This document shows positions 61,497-64,000 of a stretch of 64,000 bases of DNA, in pieces. Location: positions 256,001 to 320,000 of the forward strand of contig CAVSPA010000005.1 in NCBI GenBank assembly GCA_963729715.1, in the 5' to 3' direction. This DNA is from an uncultured delta proteobacterium (GTDB lineage Bacteria > Desulfobacterota > Syntrophia > Syntrophales > UBA2185). Both the position numbers and the translations under genes were made by a program. Each line of letters begins with the position of its first letter. Within the stretch, counting starts at the first letter, position 1. The notes under the pieces are model-generated. The model saw only the letters and a list, made by a program, of their open reading frames with translations, ran no database searches and had not been told where the DNA came from.

Positions 61497-62885
61497 TTAG
61501 AAGGAGAGAGTCAGTTTGTGAGTTATAAGGTAGTCGTTATCAATCGTGGCTGCTGCATTGGTGCCCTTCCAGAAGTCGCCTGCCCACAAGTAGCCAAAGC
61601 CGACCATGTAGCTGAGGTTGTCATAGATCTTGTAGGTTGCTGTAACGTCAAGTTCACTACCGTAGTTCTTGGACTGCCAAAGTGCTGCCGCTGCCGGAGT
61701 TGCGCCGACGTTCTGGTCCGCCTGAGCAATGGTATAGCTCGCTTTGATGTCCAGTTTCGGCATAGGCTTCACACCGAGGAAGAACTGCCCCATCATCGCA
61801 TTGGAGATACCTCCCTGCATGGCGGTGAGAGAGCCATTAACTGAACTACCATAACCACCTTCCCACCTGCCAAGGTCATAGTTGAACAGCATCAGACATG
61901 GGTTAAAGTCCGTGCCTCCTCCAGCTCCGGCTTCACTCTTGTCTGTCGAGTTCGGGTCATCGCCCTGCACATAGATAAATGTAAGACCTGCGTACATAGG
62001 CGCGAAATCGTAGGTAGCCGAGACATAGCCTTCCCATCCAGCTCTGTCGATGTCTGGGGCGCCATTTTCGAACGCTTTCGATTTGCCTGTAATGTAAACG
62101 ACCTCACCCTCTAAATAGATAGGACCCATCTGAGCCTTCACGTACGGGTCAAATATCCAATACTGTGACTTGTATCCCGCATCCGCCGAAGAAGGATTCA
62201 CGGACGCACCGGAAGTATTGGTAAGGTTGTAGTAATAGACGAGTAAACCCGTCTCACCCTTGCCCCAGTTGTAAACAAAGGCGCCAACGTACTTATCCGC
62301 CTGTGAATCAACCTGGTAGCTCGCTACATTTACATTGCCTGCGGGACCGGCTGGGCTGTAGTACTCGGACCCTTCTATCTTATCCCAGAGGACTATGAAT
62401 GTCCACGGACCGGTCACGTAATCGTACCTTACCCTGGGGCCATAGTACTGTTCGCCACTGTCAGCGAAGTCGGTGCCAAACTTCGCCTGCGTCTGGTAAC
62501 CAACTCTCAAGAGACCACCGAAGATATTGGCGTTCACATACGCATGCGTGAACTTGATGTTCTCGGATTCGGCATCTACCCCGTTGGTGCCAGTTAACGG
62601 ACCTCCGTTAACGGATGTACTCCGCGTGGCCCCCCACACCTTTTCCAAGATGTCGGCTCTGGTCGTTAACGACAAGCCTTCCTGGACCTTGATGTCCGCC
62701 TGGAGTCTCAGTCTCTGCCAGACATTGGAAACGGATGCGCCACCGTTGGTGACTAAAGTACGGTTGTTGTCATAATATCCCTGAGCGACGTAAGATCCGC
62801 TGAACTTCACATCCGCCGCACATACGGGCATCGCGAAGGCCATGATCAGGGCAACTGATAGTAAAACTATCCAAAGCTTCTTCAT
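61497..62885 (-). CDS. outer-membrane beta-barrel porin
   Basis: Signal peptide, amphipathic beta strands rich in aromatic residues, C-terminal LTLSF; strong SD. Confidence 0.85.
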   Translation of the reverse strand: MKKLWIVLLSVALIMAFAMPVCAADVKFSGSYVAQGYYDNNRTLVTNGGASVSNVWQRLRLQADIKVQEGLSLTTRADILEKVWGATRSTSVNGGPLTGTNGVDAESENIKFTHAYVNANIFGGLLRVGYQTQAKFGTDFADSGEQYYGPRVRYDYVTGPWTFIVLWDKIEGSEYYSPAGPAGNVNVASYQVDSQADKYVGAFVYNWGKGETGLLVYYYNLTNTSGASVNPSSADAGYKSQYWIFDPYVKAQMGPIYLEGEVVYITGKSKAFENGAPDIDRAGWEGYVSATYDFAPMYAGLTFIYVQGDDPNSTDKSEAGAGGGTDFNPCLMLFNYDLGRWEGGYGSSVNGSLTAMQGGISNAMMGQFFLGVKPMPKLDIKASYTIAQADQNVGATPAAAALWQSKNYGSELDVTATYKIYDNLSYMVGFGYLWAGDFWKGTNAAATIDNDYLITHKLTLSF

Positions 62886-63488
62886 TGTTTCCTCCTGTTT
62901 AAGTTTTTAAAATTGATCTTTCCGGGCATGTTCCTGAAAGACCATTATTCTTACAAATACCTCAAGCAAATTCGGCCTTCAGAATTTAAAGGCCTTTCGA
63001 ATCTCTCTTTCACCTCCTTTCATCAAGATTTACGGTAAAAATAACTAACACCCTCAATATTCGTTGTCAAGCACTTTCGCCGCTTTTTAAAAAGGTCCTC
63101 GTAAAAAGCGGCCCTTCATATGGTTATTCGACCAGCAATAAGCATACCAGCGCAGCGAGCCAAGAATACCAGAGAAGACGTGATAGCGGTAACATATCGT
63201 ATATAAAGGAATAAATGACAAACATTGTTGCCTTTAAAAAAACGTGGAGACACCTGTAAGAGCCCTTGAACACCAACAATTCATTTTCTTGTACTCGATA
63301 ATAGCGCCGAAGTCGCGGGGTAAAGCCCTGGCAGGACACGAAAAATATTTTTATTTATCAATAAGTTGTAGCTTTTATCGCAGAGTTTTCCCTGGGTAAT
63401 ACGAAGGGATCGAAATGTCTGGCAAGCCCTAACCTATAACCGAGATGTGTTGCGAAATAGACACACTTGGTCGAAGTAGCGGGATTTT

Positions 63489-64000
63489 TTACAACAGGGC
63501 TTGATGATCTTTTACCATTTCTATGTCTGTTTTCATGTTGCGTCCCCGGGTTGTCAAATAGTTACCGATCATCAAACCATTTGCACCGGCAAGCATGGCC
63601 CATGATTGATAATCTCTGAGAGTAATTTCTCTCCCGCCGCAGATGAGGATATTCTTGTCGGGATTGACAAATCTGAAAATAGCTATGCACTTCAATGCCT
63701 CGAGAGGCAAGAGCAAGGGTTTATTTTCCATTCTGGTACCGGCAATCGGATTGAGAAAATTTATCGGTATACCGTCGACATCGAGTTCCTTCAGAGTAAC
63801 GGCAAGTTCGACGCGCTGCTCCCACGTTTCTCCAAGTCCTAAGATACCGCCCGAACAAGTTTTCATCCCGGCAGCCTTGGCAACTCTAACTGTAATAATG
63901 TCCTCTTCGTAGTCATGCGTGGTACATACCTTATCGAAGAAACTGCGGGCCGTTTCCAGATTATGATGGTACACGGCAATCCCCCCCTCCTTGAGGCTGC
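63489..64000 (-). CDS. bioB: biotin synthase, 3' part (runs off the window)
   Basis: YHHNLET, CSGGILGLGE, PINFLNPIAGT, GNYLTTRG. Confidence 0.93.
   Translation of the reverse strand, partial: SLKEGGIAVYHHNLETARSFFDKVCTTHDYEEDIITVRVAKAAGMKTCSGGILGLGETWEQRVELAVTLKELDVDGIPINFLNPIAGTRMENKPLLLPLEALKCIAIFRFVNPDKNILICGGREITLRDYQSWAMLAGANGLMIGNYLTTRGRNMKTDIEMVKDHQALL

Noticed and set aside
63124..63339. 71-aa minus-strand ORF between bioB and the porin
   Set aside because: It has no convincing SD or motif and cannot be supported.

Overview
Mostly core chromosome of an anaerobic Gram-negative bacterium. The gene content and order suggest a Desulfobacterota/Syntrophales-like organism, which is an inference. 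Left to right: pgeF 3' end, rho, rpmE, prfA-prmC-murA-hisD, tRNA-Gly(CCC), an acyl-CoA dehydrogenase, rimP-nusA-infB-DUF503-rbfA-nrnA-truB, rpsO-pnp-M16 peptidase-dut-DUF39 homocysteine-synthesis gene, and XRE-ftsB-pilMNOPQ-pilF. Converging on that is a dsbC-fimU-pilV-pilW-pilX-hypothetical-pilY1 operon led by a c-di-GMP-I riboswitch and candidate sigma54 and sigma28 promoters. Then TPR-M24 peptidase-gcvH-lipoyl ligase-hisC, rpsU, LOG, holA, four TMTC-like GT-C/TPR membrane proteins plus a decayed 5' remnant, an NYN nuclease, a second acyl-CoA dehydrogenase, rpe, waaA, a four-subunit 2-oxoacid:ferredoxin oxidoreductase operon, hflX, fmdB, a porin and the bioB 3' end. The best unannotated signal is a complete ribosome-mediated leucine attenuator (promoter, Leu-rich 38-aa leader peptide, antiterminator, terminator) in front of the oxidoreductase operon. 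Other notable signals are an ATC-initiated N-terminal extension of hflX, the TMTC-like family expansion, a paired-palindrome IS200/IS605-like miniature element, and a start-less perfect Shine-Dalgarno sequence in the porin leader. No CRISPR, rRNA, prophage or transposase gene was seen.
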